Shown here: one piece after another, positions 26,358 to 36,651 of the stretch
How positions within the stretch are numbered: the stretch's first letter is position 1
Layout of the letters: each line of letters begins with the position of its first letter
From: a virus
DNA: 64,000 bases
Reading direction: 5' to 3' (one strand)
Virus record (IMG/VR): IMGVR_UViG_3300037755_000497
Coordinates: 44,876 to 108,875 of that record
Position numbers and translations under genes: made by a program
Notes under the pieces: model-generated
The model's database searches: none
What the model was told of the DNA's origin: nothing
What the model saw: only the letters and a program-made list of their open reading frames with translations

Positions 26358-27740
26358 TTAAATCCCCTTTAACTTTCTAAAGCGTTTATCAGTATCGCTT
26401 AAGTTAAGTTGTGGTGATGCCTGAACTACTACATCATCAATTACTTTTCTTGCTGAAAATTCTGTGTAGTACCCTTCACCTTTTGTCATAGCATGTTTAA
26501 CCCTAGTAAAATAATACCTTCCACTAAATTGCGAGCTAATGCCTTCAAGCCTATGTATTTGTCTTGATTGTAAAACTTCATTACCGACTAATCGGCCATC
26601 ACCGGAAATAAAATTTTCCTTTTGTCTTTTTATAAATTCTTCTATTGATTTTTTAGCAGCGGCTTCATTTTTAAACCTTTTATGCTTTGGAAAAGAATAA
26701 CTTCGGCCATAGGCCTTAAATGCTACTTGGATACCATCATCAATTTTTGGCTTTTCTCCACCACGTGCGCCTATATTGGCACCAGTGAATCTTGTTTCTG
26801 TATCAGCTTTTGTTTTTTTAGATTCTTCCTGGCTTACCCTATCCATAGGTTTATGTGAAGTGGAAGAAGTTTGCTTATCTTTTAAAACAAAAACTTCAAA
26901 ATCTGTGGCCTGGTCATGTGCTTCTAATATTGGTGAAAATGAAAGTAAAGTGTTAGTATAGCTTAGGTCACCTTCATTATATGCGAATGTAAACACTTCC
27001 CTATTATTTTTAGTTGGTGGGGGTTGGAAAAATAATCCAAACTTTTTACGTTTCGTATCCCACTTAGAAAATAAATCAAAGCCATTAATATCAGCAATTT
27101 TTTTAAGGTAGGTGTAATCTGATACCCCTTTCTTTTGTGGTGCCCTGTTTTGAATACCAGGAACCTTTCGTATCCCAGCAAATGAACGTGGGTCATTCGT
27201 CTTAATATCGAATCCATTTCTGGAACCAATAATAGAGGCTATTTGCGAATCTCTAAAGCCTTTGTATGATACACCATCTTTAGGTTTTCTTCTTGATGCT
27301 CTATGAAGTAAGTCATAGCCGATAATAGTTAATGTTGGTGGGCCACTATCAGGGAAGTCTGGTTTTATAGAAACAATATCAGATGCACCAACTGTTACTA
27401 GGCTTGAACCATAACCCATTTGAACTTCCACAATATGACCTTCGCTAAAAAGTCTGGAATCAATAATGGAATTAATTTGACCCCCACCATAGTTATCAAT
27501 TTGCGCTGACATGGTAATTGTTAATTTATCAAATTGGTCAGCGTTATCTTCAAAAGTTACTGACTCAATAAATTGTTTAACCTTGTCACTAACAGCATAA
27601 GGTTTAGCACCAGGGCCACCATAAATTATTAGCTCATAGTTAGGTGCAAAGGGGTCACGGCTTAGGCGTGCGCCCGTACCCACTGGTGTAACAGCTGATT
27701 TTGGTAATCCTAATGTGTTTACAAGGCTAACTATACTCAT
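26358..27740 (-). CDS. Baseplate hub / gpD-like late control protein
   Basis: VQMGY, GYDLLHR, RDSQIA, SDYTYLKKIA, FSGRYYFTRVKH. Confidence 0.88.
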   Translation of the reverse strand: MSIVSLVNTLGLPKSAVTPVGTGARLSRDPFAPNYELIIYGGPGAKPYAVSDKVKQFIESVTFEDNADQFDKLTITMSAQIDNYGGGQINSIIDSRLFSEGHIVEVQMGYGSSLVTVGASDIVSIKPDFPDSGPPTLTIIGYDLLHRASRRKPKDGVSYKGFRDSQIASIIGSRNGFDIKTNDPRSFAGIRKVPGIQNRAPQKKGVSDYTYLKKIADINGFDLFSKWDTKRKKFGLFFQPPPTKNNREVFTFAYNEGDLSYTNTLLSFSPILEAHDQATDFEVFVLKDKQTSSTSHKPMDRVSQEESKKTKADTETRFTGANIGARGGEKPKIDDGIQVAFKAYGRSYSFPKHKRFKNEAAAKKSIEEFIKRQKENFISGDGRLVGNEVLQSRQIHRLEGISSQFSGRYYFTRVKHAMTKGEGYYTEFSARKVIDDVVVQASPQLNLSDTDKRFRKLKGI

Positions 27741-28612
27741 ACAAAAATTGTTGTTTTCCTATTTCTTTTGGTTAAAAATTCTTCCCTTAATGCTTGGTTT
27801 TCTTGTGTCGCTTTAAGTGAAATAGTTTGTGGCGTAATATCAATTGTCCCGATTTCTGTTGCCTCAACCAAGAATATCTTGTCACCAGCTTTTAAATCAG
27901 CTTTATCTGGTTGTGTTCTTCTTAGTATGTCACCTAAAATTGCATCACCATATTCTTGTTGTGCAACCCTTTCAAAACTATCACCACTACGAATTTCACG
28001 TGTCCTATCAATCGTGTGAAGTGAACCACCAGGAATGTTAATCTTACTTTTTATTTGTGAGAAGATACCAGCTGCACCAGCAATAACACCAGCTGCAAAT
28101 TTAATTTGCGAAGCCAAACTTGTTGCTGCATTTTCTGTTACAGTGTCTTCTAATTTTTGTAATGTTATTGAGGCAATAACACCACGAATTGAACCATCAC
28201 TTCTTAATTCATCATAAGCATAGTCAACCCGTTTCACGAAACATGTAAACCCAATTTCTGTACCGTAAGTGAATAAAAATTTTGGTGGCCTTTTTAAATC
28301 AGGGTCACGTTTTTTAAATGAACGTAAAGTTTCAATTTGTTGTTTTATATTTTTGAATGAGTCAGTAGCGTAAAACCTAGCTGTAAAAGTTACAGTTTCA
28401 CCATCATTATTTAGATATTGAAAGTTTGGTTCTTTTTTATTTATTGTACTAGCTTCACCAATAGCTACATCACCACCAGTTTCAGAAAAATTCTGTGGTA
28501 CATACTGACCTTGAAATTCTAGGTTCCTATTTTTTCGGTCATCACCTGTTAGTGTCCACGCTTTATTACTGGCAAAACCAAACAGTTCCCCTACTACATC
28601 TAATAACGCCAC
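27737..28612 (-). CDS. Tail tube initiator (gpU/CIS-tube-like) with LysM-like domain
   Basis: RPPKFLFTYG, DGSIRG; GDSFERVAQQEYGD LysM pattern. Confidence 0.8.
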   Translation of the reverse strand: MALLDVVGELFGFASNKAWTLTGDDRKNRNLEFQGQYVPQNFSETGGDVAIGEASTINKKEPNFQYLNNDGETVTFTARFYATDSFKNIKQQIETLRSFKKRDPDLKRPPKFLFTYGTEIGFTCFVKRVDYAYDELRSDGSIRGVIASITLQKLEDTVTENAATSLASQIKFAAGVIAGAAGIFSQIKSKINIPGGSLHTIDRTREIRSGDSFERVAQQEYGDAILGDILRRTQPDKADLKAGDKIFLVEATEIGTIDITPQTISLKATQENQALREEFLTKRNRKTTIFV

Positions 28613-30972
28613 TATTGCCCCCCAGCTAATGCAAGCCCATTACTTCTTTTTTGGTGCTTGTTCTTTACTTCCCTTCCTTGTTCAAAGGAATTGTTTATCT
28701 GGTCTTCGGTCACTTTCTTGTTAAGAATCTTTCCAGCATCACCACGCAATTCAAGTACAACTTTAGTTGTTCCACCACCTGAACCACTGGTTGTAACCGT
28801 GTTGTTATTTATAACGTTCCCAACGGCCCTAGCTGTCTGTTCAGCTGATGCTGGTTGCACTAATGCTTTTTGCCCTGTTGCTTCTTTTTGAATTGAATTT
28901 GAATCCTGTACAGCATCGGCTATGTTTGTTCCACTGTTAGCTGCATTTTCTGCAACACCAGCAACCCTAGTTTCACCTTTCCCAAATCCAAAGAAACCGC
29001 CAATTGATTTTGCAATTTCAATCCCTTTAGTAACACCAGCTGTAGCAAACCTTGTTATACCAGCAATTATTGCTGCAATACCTTGTACTACTGGAATGAT
29101 AAATTTAGCTATTTTCCCTAGTGCATTTGCAACACTGGAACCGAATGAAGTTAGGTCATTTTTTGCTGTTGATGATTGCCCAAATATTACCCCGAATAAT
29201 TCGCTGAATGCAGCACCTACTTCTGAAAAAGCTGGGCCTAATTCACTCTTTACTAAATCAATTACTGGGCCAATATTCGCCATAAATCCAGCACCAAAAG
29301 TTAAGGCGGCTTCTTTTAATCCCTCAAAGCCACCGAACGCTTTAAAAGCAGCAAACCCTATAGCAGCAAGGCCAGCTACAATTATCCCAATCGGTGAAAA
29401 TAGGAATCCTAATGCAGCACCTACTAAACCAAGCGCACCCCAAAGGAATCCAAAAGCTGATGACACAATTCCAACAACACCACTAAGGCCTGTTAAGATT
29501 GGGCCTATTACAAAGAATGCAGCACCGAGTGCGGCCAATATAGGTGCGGCTATTGCACCTATAGCAATAATCTTTGCTACAAGATTACCCATTGATTGCG
29601 TAGAACCTTCACTGTCTTCTGTCCATTTACTAAAGAAAGCTACAACTTTTTTACCAACATCTGTTACAAAGTTTCCTACTTCTTTAAACCCATCAACAAA
29701 ACCAGTTATAAATTGAAGAATGGCCTTACCACGTTTTTCACCAAAGAATTTGAAGAATACTTCACCACTTTTCGATGTCCGATCTATTTGCCCAGTAACA
29801 AGCTGGAAACCAACCGCTAAGTTAGACACAACATCAGCTGCATCCCTTATTGGTTGTGTTAAGAACCCAGCTACTAAACCACCAGTTTCAATTAATACAC
29901 CGCTGATTGCCGATTTCATTATTGTAAATGCACCAGCTAAGTTATCAAGTCTTTCACCAGCTTGTTTTGCAGCTGTGCCCGTTGAATTTTTTATTCCTTC
30001 CTGTAATCTTTTAAAACCATCAACACCTTCGTTTGCTAATGCGTTGATAGCCCTTTGACCCCTTACACCAAAAATTTCTTGCGCAATCGCTGAACGTTCA
30101 GCACCACCACCAGCATCTTTCATTGCTTGCGTAATATCACCTAATAAATCTGGTAAAGGTCTAAAGTCATCGTTTGAATCACGAACCTTAATATTAAACC
30201 GATCAAGAAGTTCTTGTGCTTTCTTAGATGGTTTAGCTAATTTATTAAATGCATTTGTTAATGCTGTACCACCTAACGAACCTTTCAAACCAGCATTCGC
30301 TAATGCACCCATAGAAACAAGGATGTCATCAAGTGGTATCCCAGCGGCGGCCAAAGCACCACCACCGAATTTAACAGCTTCACCTAATTGTGTAATATTG
30401 GTGTTTGTCTTACTTTGTATGAAAGCAAATTTATCACTTAGTTCAGTTAATTTTTGAACCTTTGTAGCATTTTTATCGAAAGCTGGTGCTAGTGCTGACA
30501 TGGAATCTGTTGCAATATCAGATGCAGCACCTAATTCTAGTGAACCAGCGGCGGCCAAGTTTAAAACTGTTTCTAATGAACTTATCTGTTCTTCTGCATT
30601 AAAACCTGCGAGTGCTAAGAACTCGAATCCTTGGCCCGCTTCCTTGGCCGAAAAAGATGTACTTGCGCCTAAGCGTTTAGCCTCGGCCGTCATATCAGCA
30701 AATTGTTTTTTAGAAATATCACCTGTCAAAGATTTAACAACTGACATCTGTTTTTCAAAGTCAGCAAATTCTTTTGTGGCCAATGCAACCCCAGCTGTTA
30801 ACGGGGCACCAGCTAAAGTTAGACCCTTTAAACCTTGACCTAGTTTACCTATAGATGCGCTTGCCTTTTTGACAGAATTGGTCATGGTGCTAAAGCTTCG
30901 GTTGGCCTTCCCGATTTGCCTTGCTACACCATCACCATTAAATTTTAGAATTGCATTGAATTTAAATGCCAT
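28612..30972 (-). CDS. Tape measure protein (TP901 family)
   Basis: FEKQMSVV, LGASTSFSAKEA, LAAAG, GS.GGTAL, DNLAG; Ala/Gly-rich. Confidence 0.95.
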   Translation of the reverse strand: MAFKFNAILKFNGDGVARQIGKANRSFSTMTNSVKKASASIGKLGQGLKGLTLAGAPLTAGVALATKEFADFEKQMSVVKSLTGDISKKQFADMTAEAKRLGASTSFSAKEAGQGFEFLALAGFNAEEQISSLETVLNLAAAGSLELGAASDIATDSMSALAPAFDKNATKVQKLTELSDKFAFIQSKTNTNITQLGEAVKFGGGALAAAGIPLDDILVSMGALANAGLKGSLGGTALTNAFNKLAKPSKKAQELLDRFNIKVRDSNDDFRPLPDLLGDITQAMKDAGGGAERSAIAQEIFGVRGQRAINALANEGVDGFKRLQEGIKNSTGTAAKQAGERLDNLAGAFTIMKSAISGVLIETGGLVAGFLTQPIRDAADVVSNLAVGFQLVTGQIDRTSKSGEVFFKFFGEKRGKAILQFITGFVDGFKEVGNFVTDVGKKVVAFFSKWTEDSEGSTQSMGNLVAKIIAIGAIAAPILAALGAAFFVIGPILTGLSGVVGIVSSAFGFLWGALGLVGAALGFLFSPIGIIVAGLAAIGFAAFKAFGGFEGLKEAALTFGAGFMANIGPVIDLVKSELGPAFSEVGAAFSELFGVIFGQSSTAKNDLTSFGSSVANALGKIAKFIIPVVQGIAAIIAGITRFATAGVTKGIEIAKSIGGFFGFGKGETRVAGVAENAANSGTNIADAVQDSNSIQKEATGQKALVQPASAEQTARAVGNVINNNTVTTSGSGGGTTKVVLELRGDAGKILNKKVTEDQINNSFEQGREVKNKHQKRSNGLALAGGQ

Positions 30973-30981
30973 TTTGCTTCC

Positions 30982-31203
30982 TTACATTTTCCCTAAATAC
31001 CTTTTTCCCTTGGTACTCGGTTTAGACATTGAAGCATTGGCCTTTTTTATTGCTTCATTTTCGTCTTTCTTCTGTTTGGCCAAACGCTTTAAACTCCAAA
31101 TAAACTTCTTTTTCCTCATTTTTTTTACATCGGAAAGGCTAAGACCACCGTTGTAATTATAAATCAAATTATGCTGGGCTTCCCATAAATCGCCCCTATC
31201 CAT
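30982..31203 (-). CDS. Tail assembly chaperone C-terminal (T) segment, reached by -1 frameshift
   Basis: In the -1 frame of the upstream ORF, directly before the tape measure gene. Confidence 0.75.
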   Translation of the reverse strand: MDRGDLWEAQHNLIYNYNGGLSLSDVKKMRKKKFIWSLKRLAKQKKDENEAIKKANASMSKPSTKGKRYLGKM

Positions 31204-32069
31204 TATAGGGACGAAGAATCGAAAAAAGATTCATACCCCCAATTAATTTGTGTTTCAAAATCTTTCTTACAAAATTGACAATTACCGGAAATCTTCATAT
31301 CTGGCCCAGCATTGTTATTCACAATTTCTTTACCAATTCTCTCAATATCAAATTTCTTGATTTTTTTAACTAATGATTTTAAATCAACATACCCTTCAAC
31401 AAGTTCACCGTTGTTGGTACAACCTGTAATAGCACTATTGAAAATTGCCTTCTTTACATACCCAGCGTTTGCCGCTTTTTCTGTAGGCACACTTTCCAGT
31501 GCATCCCATTTAGAAACTGATAGTAAAAGACCAGTTACAACTTTAGCTGGTGCCCCGTTGATTCCTGGCATAGTTATAGGTTTTTTTAATTCATATTTTA
31601 CTGTTTGTTCATGTTCCTTATCTTTACATTCGACATCCAGGCCGCGTAAATCAGCTACGAAATTTTCAATTTTCTTTTTACAATGTGGGCATTGTACAGA
31701 ATCAAAATGTAATTCATGACCTAGTTCTTCAACTCTTAATACCATGTACATGTACATCATATTAGGAAAATGTAGCTGGGAAAGTGTAATAAGTTTTTCT
31801 TCTTTGCTTAATGATTGGTAGTCTTTACCCTTGAATTCATCAAGTAGTAAATCCATCATTGATCTTACGAAGGTTCCAACATTCGCTGATTGTTCTTGTA
31901 GGTCGGATAAAGTTTCTTCAATATCCATGTCCCATTCTTTAAAAGAAAATGTTGGCGTTTCGCATCCATCAAAAATTGGAAGTCTTGCGCCCAATGTACC
32001 TAGATTTGTTCTTCTACTTTTTTCAACTTCACCATTTTCTGGCTTTACTTCGATCATTTGTTCCCCCAA
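31203..32069 (-). CDS. Tail assembly chaperone (G) with CxxC motifs
   Basis: Lies between the tube and tape measure genes; CPHC and CQFC motifs. Confidence 0.75.
   Translation of the reverse strand: MGEQMIEVKPENGEVEKSRRTNLGTLGARLPIFDGCETPTFSFKEWDMDIEETLSDLQEQSANVGTFVRSMMDLLLDEFKGKDYQSLSKEEKLITLSQLHFPNMMYMYMVLRVEELGHELHFDSVQCPHCKKKIENFVADLRGLDVECKDKEHEQTVKYELKKPITMPGINGAPAKVVTGLLLSVSKWDALESVPTEKAANAGYVKKAIFNSAITGCTNNGELVEGYVDLKSLVKKIKKFDIERIGKEIVNNNAGPDMKISGNCQFCKKDFETQINWGYESFFDSSSL
31221..31227 (-). other. Slippery heptamer T TTT TTC for a programmed -1 frameshift
   Basis: 0 frame TCT TTT TTC GAT..CTA TAA; -1 frame continues CGA TTC TTC GTC CCT ATA ATG GAT into the next ORF. Confidence 0.75.
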
Positions 32070-32107
32070 ATAACTTATGTTTTGTGAAGATTACATAAAT
32101 TTGAAAT

Positions 32108-32139
32108 ATAGGGGCCTTTAATAAATAGGTGGCCCCTAT
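32108..32139 (-). terminator. Hairpin terminator after the tail tube gene
   Basis: ATAGGGGCC...GGCCCCTAT inverted repeat. Confidence 0.6.
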
Positions 32140-32153
32140 TAACCTGTTTAAAA

Positions 32154-32591
32154 TTAATCTATTTTGTCTATAGAAAGTAACCAAGTAATCATTGCTGGTT
32201 CGCCTTCGTTAGCCATTTCTAAATCATCATCTGTACGTTTTTTAACCCATACACCTGAAACAAGTCTTACACTTGCAACAGCACCACTGATTGAACGCTT
32301 AATAAGCGTACCGCTTTTTTTGTACGTTGCTGAAACGGGGTCAACCCCTTCCCTACGCCATAGCTCCAAAGCAGCTGTTTCAACTTTGTGGTGTTCAAAT
32401 GTTTTAATATCATGTTCACTAGCTTTCACATTACCACCAGAAACAACAGTTCTGTCTGGCATTTCTGCACTTTCAGTTTCCTGTTCTAGCCCAGACATTT
32501 CGGTAATCAGAATTGGCGGTAAACCAACAATGATTAGTTCAAAATTGTTCTTAGGTATGTGATCTGCTTTAACTGCACCTTTCATAACCAT
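32154..32591 (-). CDS. Tail tube protein (T4 gp19-like)
   Basis: 145 aa after the sheath gene; EMSGL, W...KKSGTL, W.K...L.M. Confidence 0.85.
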   Translation of the reverse strand: MVMKGAVKADHIPKNNFELIIVGLPPILITEMSGLEQETESAEMPDRTVVSGGNVKASEHDIKTFEHHKVETAALELWRREGVDPVSATYKKSGTLIKRSISGAVASVRLVSGVWVKKRTDDDLEMANEGEPAMITWLLSIDKID

Positions 32592-32635
32592 ATTTTTTCC
32601 CCTTCCTTAAGTTTCGTTAGAAAAACGATGCAGTA

Positions 32636-35272
32636 TTAAACTGCACCTTCTGTTACACCTTGTTTACCGATTCTAATAATAAATCTTTCAACAGTATCAA
32701 CAATCGCAAGTGCCATGTCAGCGAATAAATCACCATCAGCACGTGTAGACGTTGTATTGTTTTCACTATCTATTTTTAGTAACGTTGCTTCCTGAACATC
32801 CTTACCTACCAATGCACCTTTTGCAAGTTCACCACTAAAGAACTGGAAGAATGCTGCTTTTAGGATTTCTTGCGTTCCAGATTCTTCACTGTTAAGTGCA
32901 AAGATGATGAAGTCAAAATTTTCAATGAAAATATTTTCTACATGCGATAAGTATTCTCTGTGATGCTTAAATTTGAAAGCTGGGTCAAGTCCAACAGTTC
33001 TATCACCCCAAAGAATAAAATTCCCACTCTTTTCAAGTAGAATGTTAATACCTTGTGGGTTAAGAAATTCTTGGTCAAGTGGTTCACGATTATCAAAACC
33101 AGCTGGCAATGCTAGTGCTTGGCTAAGAATAGCATCAGTACCAGCGGCGGCCTTATGGTAACCGTCAAAGTCCCTTGCAATTCTGGCTTCTACACCATGG
33201 ATAGCACCTGTTGCTGAAATCAATTTCAGACCACCACCATCTTTAGAAACCCTAATGAAAGATGGCCATGATACAACTGCAAAGTCATTTCTTCCAAGTG
33301 TATCATTAATAAATTCTTCACAAGCTACTTCATCAGTAATGTTTGCTGGAACTTCGTAACGATATTGCCAGTTTTGTGAACCAGCAAATGCTACCCCAGC
33401 TTTTTGAACAGCACTTGAAGTAATACCTGGTGTTGCTAGTTTTACTAAACCTAAATTTTTACCACGTAGGCTTCTAAGTTTAGATGTACCAACATCATAA
33501 GCATTTTCATAATCAAGGTCAGCAATATCAGCGATACCATCATAACCACCAGAAAGTTCCTGGATATACTGCGCTCTAAAAGTTTCCCCAATAGCTGTAT
33601 CAACTGTAAGGTCACTTCCAGGTTTAACAGTAATTGTGTTTGCATTATTTGAATCAATCAAATAACTTTTTCTTGAGTTATCTTTATTTGGATAAACACG
33701 CCCACCCTCAAGTGCATTCAATTCTAAAGGTTCAACATAAACTGTAATAGTATCGTTGACTGACCAAGTAACCGCTGAATTAAGTGTGTTGTCTTCAAGT
33801 GTGAACCCGTAACCAAAGTCATTAAGTGCAGCAACAGCGATACCAGATGTAACAACAGTTGTACCTGTGAATGGCATCTTTTCAGAAACCATATCCCATG
33901 TTTGGTCAACACCACCACTTAATACACCAGCACCAGCTACAACGTTTGCATCACTAGAAACTAATGTGTAAGCATTACCAGCAAGACCAGCTGTCCTAGC
34001 ATGGATGTGCGCAACAGTAGCACTATCTTTTTCAGCAAATGTTAATGGACTGTTTGCAAGTACAAATGCAACCAAGTTGTCAATTGAACCTTCTGCATCA
34101 GCACCAATTTCAATTTGCGTAGCTGGGGTGGCAACAACAGTTTTCCAAGTGTAAACTACACCAGCAATTTCCAATGTTGCATTATCAGCTGGTTGACCAC
34201 CGAAAGTTAAAATTTCTTCGGCCCTTGCACCGGCAACAGTGTTTGTTAGGGTCAACTTATCTTTGATAATTTCTGAACCTAATGATACAGATGAAAGTTT
34301 CATCTTCGCATTGTTAACGCTAGAAAAAACAGGGTAATGAATCTTTGTTGTTAAAACAGTTTGTGTTAAAGAAACAATTTCATTGGCGTAGTTTGCTGGT
34401 CTTTGCCCTGCAACCAATGAACCACCCATATTTAAATCAATTGCCTTGATTAGAAAATCTGAATCACTTTCTGCATTGATTGCATCAACAAAATAATTTG
34501 GTTTTGATGGGTCAATTGAAAGGTCAGTAAAATTCTTTTTAAGTTCAGCAACATTGCCTTCAATTAGGTAGAACTCAAGACCAAATTCAGAATTTGGTTG
34601 TAGCAAACCTGGTTTAACTAAAACACCCAGTGATTCACCATCATTACTTAGAACAATTTCAGTTAAAGTATTTGCTGGGTCAGAAGATTCTGCAATTTCA
34701 TCAAGCAAATTAATATCAGCTGCAAAAGTTAAAACCCCTGCATCAGTATTAGATTCAATTGGGAAACTTTTACCTGGAACTGCTTTCAATTTTACTAGTG
34801 CGCCAACAAGTTCATCTTTTTTTAGATTCGCTGGGGCATTTGAAAGTGTTAAAGTGATTTCAGTTAAGCTTGCATATTCATCAACAATTCTGAATTTTTT
34901 ACCGGCCCAACGTCCACCGTTACCAGCTTCAAAAGTAGCTACTAGTGCGCCACTATTTACTTGGTTATAAAGTGATAGTGATGATTTTTTTTCTGAACCA
35001 TCAGTAACACGATTATACCAAACTTCACCAGCACCGTTCGATGCTCTATAGTATGATAAAGCTGCATCCGGTAATAAGGATGCTGGAATTAAACCACCAG
35101 CTTTAAATAAATAATCACTTTTTGTAGATGCTCTAAATGCTTTTTTAGGGCCTTTCTTTAGAATACCTGTGTAAGCTGTAGTACCCAATGCACCTGGAAC
35201 AATTGCACCACCTGATTCTTGTTCGATGATTGCAACACCAGCTGCACGTGTTGGGCCAAATCGTCTTGCCAT
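32636..35272 (-). CDS. Tail sheath protein
   Basis: AGVAIIE N-terminus; LSGGYDG, G.I.GV.AR, HKAAAG, LNPQGIN, LWGDRT, ERFIIRI. Confidence 0.95.
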   Translation of the reverse strand: MARRFGPTRAAGVAIIEQESGGAIVPGALGTTAYTGILKKGPKKAFRASTKSDYLFKAGGLIPASLLPDAALSYYRASNGAGEVWYNRVTDGSEKKSSLSLYNQVNSGALVATFEAGNGGRWAGKKFRIVDEYASLTEITLTLSNAPANLKKDELVGALVKLKAVPGKSFPIESNTDAGVLTFAADINLLDEIAESSDPANTLTEIVLSNDGESLGVLVKPGLLQPNSEFGLEFYLIEGNVAELKKNFTDLSIDPSKPNYFVDAINAESDSDFLIKAIDLNMGGSLVAGQRPANYANEIVSLTQTVLTTKIHYPVFSSVNNAKMKLSSVSLGSEIIKDKLTLTNTVAGARAEEILTFGGQPADNATLEIAGVVYTWKTVVATPATQIEIGADAEGSIDNLVAFVLANSPLTFAEKDSATVAHIHARTAGLAGNAYTLVSSDANVVAGAGVLSGGVDQTWDMVSEKMPFTGTTVVTSGIAVAALNDFGYGFTLEDNTLNSAVTWSVNDTITVYVEPLELNALEGGRVYPNKDNSRKSYLIDSNNANTITVKPGSDLTVDTAIGETFRAQYIQELSGGYDGIADIADLDYENAYDVGTSKLRSLRGKNLGLVKLATPGITSSAVQKAGVAFAGSQNWQYRYEVPANITDEVACEEFINDTLGRNDFAVVSWPSFIRVSKDGGGLKLISATGAIHGVEARIARDFDGYHKAAAGTDAILSQALALPAGFDNREPLDQEFLNPQGINILLEKSGNFILWGDRTVGLDPAFKFKHHREYLSHVENIFIENFDFIIFALNSEESGTQEILKAAFFQFFSGELAKGALVGKDVQEATLLKIDSENNTTSTRADGDLFADMALAIVDTVERFIIRIGKQGVTEGAV

Positions 35273-35287
35273 GTTTTACCTTCCTTT

Positions 35288-35304
35288 GTTATACAATGTT
35301 ATAC
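35288..35304. promoter_or_regulatory. GTTATAC-N3-GTTATAC site upstream of the sheath SD
   Basis: GTTATAC at 35288 and 35298. Confidence 0.65.
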
Positions 35305-35319
35305 CTATTTGACAAAAAA

Positions 35320-36651
35320 TTAAAGTGTTTGTCTTCCTATATTTAATCCGAGTGATGTTATCAGTGGAACATCTTTACTTGGTTTGTCGTAAAAAACAAC
35401 CCCCTCTATATCAAATGCACCTTTAGACAAATTGGTTCCACTTGAATCATTTCCTTCTTCTAATGAATTGCCCACCGTATCAATTTCATCAACTATTAAT
35501 AAATTATGCTTATTGGCCAGACCATACGTTATTACGTTCTTCACATTGGCAAAGAATCTTCTAATGCCATCTGTAAGCCTAAATTGGTCTATTTCGCCTG
35601 TGTAAAGGGTGAAGTCGAACCTATATGACTGTTGGGTTAAGGTATCGTGTACAACGGCCATATCGTTTTCTTTATCACGTATAAAATCTTTGTGGGAAGA
35701 ATTAGTGTTACGCATCACAAGACCCTTCTTGTCAATAGCGGTAATTCTATTGAAAACAATATGTGGGTAGGAAGGTTTTTCGTAATAATCTTGATTGACT
35801 TTGACAGAAATTTCTGGGACATAAATAAAGGTGACTTCAACCAATTTGTCAACTGGTATTGGTGCTGAAAATGTTTCAATCCCTGCTTCAAAAGTAAACC
35901 CATCTTGTTTCCCACTTCCTGGTGCATAGCTGTCATGTAAGTTTGACAGCTTTAAAGGGTCATCAGTTAAATTATAAACTGATGCAACATCAAAAATATT
36001 GTAACCCTTGTTTTCCAGTATAGTGGCCAAGTCTATGGCACTACTACTTGAAGAATCAGTGTAGAATTGAACCACTGATGTACTTCTGAAATTCAAATTC
36101 AGTAAGCGTAAAATAGTATCATAAACTAGGTCATCGAAAAATTCAATGTCAAATTCACCCAACAATTTTAGTTCACTAACCTTTGGCGTAACTGTTTTGT
36201 CAGTTGTTTTTAAGTTGACTACAAAACCAATTTTCTTATTTCCAATTGCCGGTATTGGGAATGTACTTATATTAAGCCTTATTTCTGATTCAGTATTCCA
36301 ATCCGATGCACCAGCGATAACCCAATTTGCCCCATCCCAATAGTAATTCCCAGCTGTGGTCTTAACTTTGAATCCAAGACTTGTTCCTTCTGGAAGGTCT
36401 AAAGTTCCCTGTTGACTTTCGTAAATGGGTTCAAAAAGTAACCACTTTTTCAATGCCATGGGTTCAAGAAAAGGCGTTTCAAAATATATATCATCATCCA
36501 ATGGGTAAAAATTTAAAGCATCAGCTTTTAAATGGATACCTGGTGCCATTGCATTTTCTGTATTTAGCCTAATTTTTGTCGGGTCAGAAAGTGCAATTTC
36601 ATTTCGCATATCTTCATCAAAGCAAAAATTTTTTATAATTCTATTAATCAT
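35320..36651 (-). CDS. Tail completion/terminator-like protein
   Basis: Directly upstream of the sheath gene; C-terminal YPHIV motif. Confidence 0.55.
   Translation of the reverse strand: MINRIIKNFCFDEDMRNEIALSDPTKIRLNTENAMAPGIHLKADALNFYPLDDDIYFETPFLEPMALKKWLLFEPIYESQQGTLDLPEGTSLGFKVKTTAGNYYWDGANWVIAGASDWNTESEIRLNISTFPIPAIGNKKIGFVVNLKTTDKTVTPKVSELKLLGEFDIEFFDDLVYDTILRLLNLNFRSTSVVQFYTDSSSSSAIDLATILENKGYNIFDVASVYNLTDDPLKLSNLHDSYAPGSGKQDGFTFEAGIETFSAPIPVDKLVEVTFIYVPEISVKVNQDYYEKPSYPHIVFNRITAIDKKGLVMRNTNSSHKDFIRDKENDMAVVHDTLTQQSYRFDFTLYTGEIDQFRLTDGIRRFFANVKNVITYGLANKHNLLIVDEIDTVGNSLEEGNDSSGTNLSKGAFDIEGVVFYDKPSKDVPLITSLGLNIGRQTL

Noticed and set aside
28922-30838. Long plus-strand ORFs antisense to the tape measure and other structural genes
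   Set aside because: These are typical antisense shadows of codon-biased genes, with no SDs or recognisable motifs
18505-35272. Extracellular contractile injection system / tailocin
   Set aside because: The tail genes resemble CIS components but are contiguous with terminase, portal and capsid genes, so this is a complete myophage
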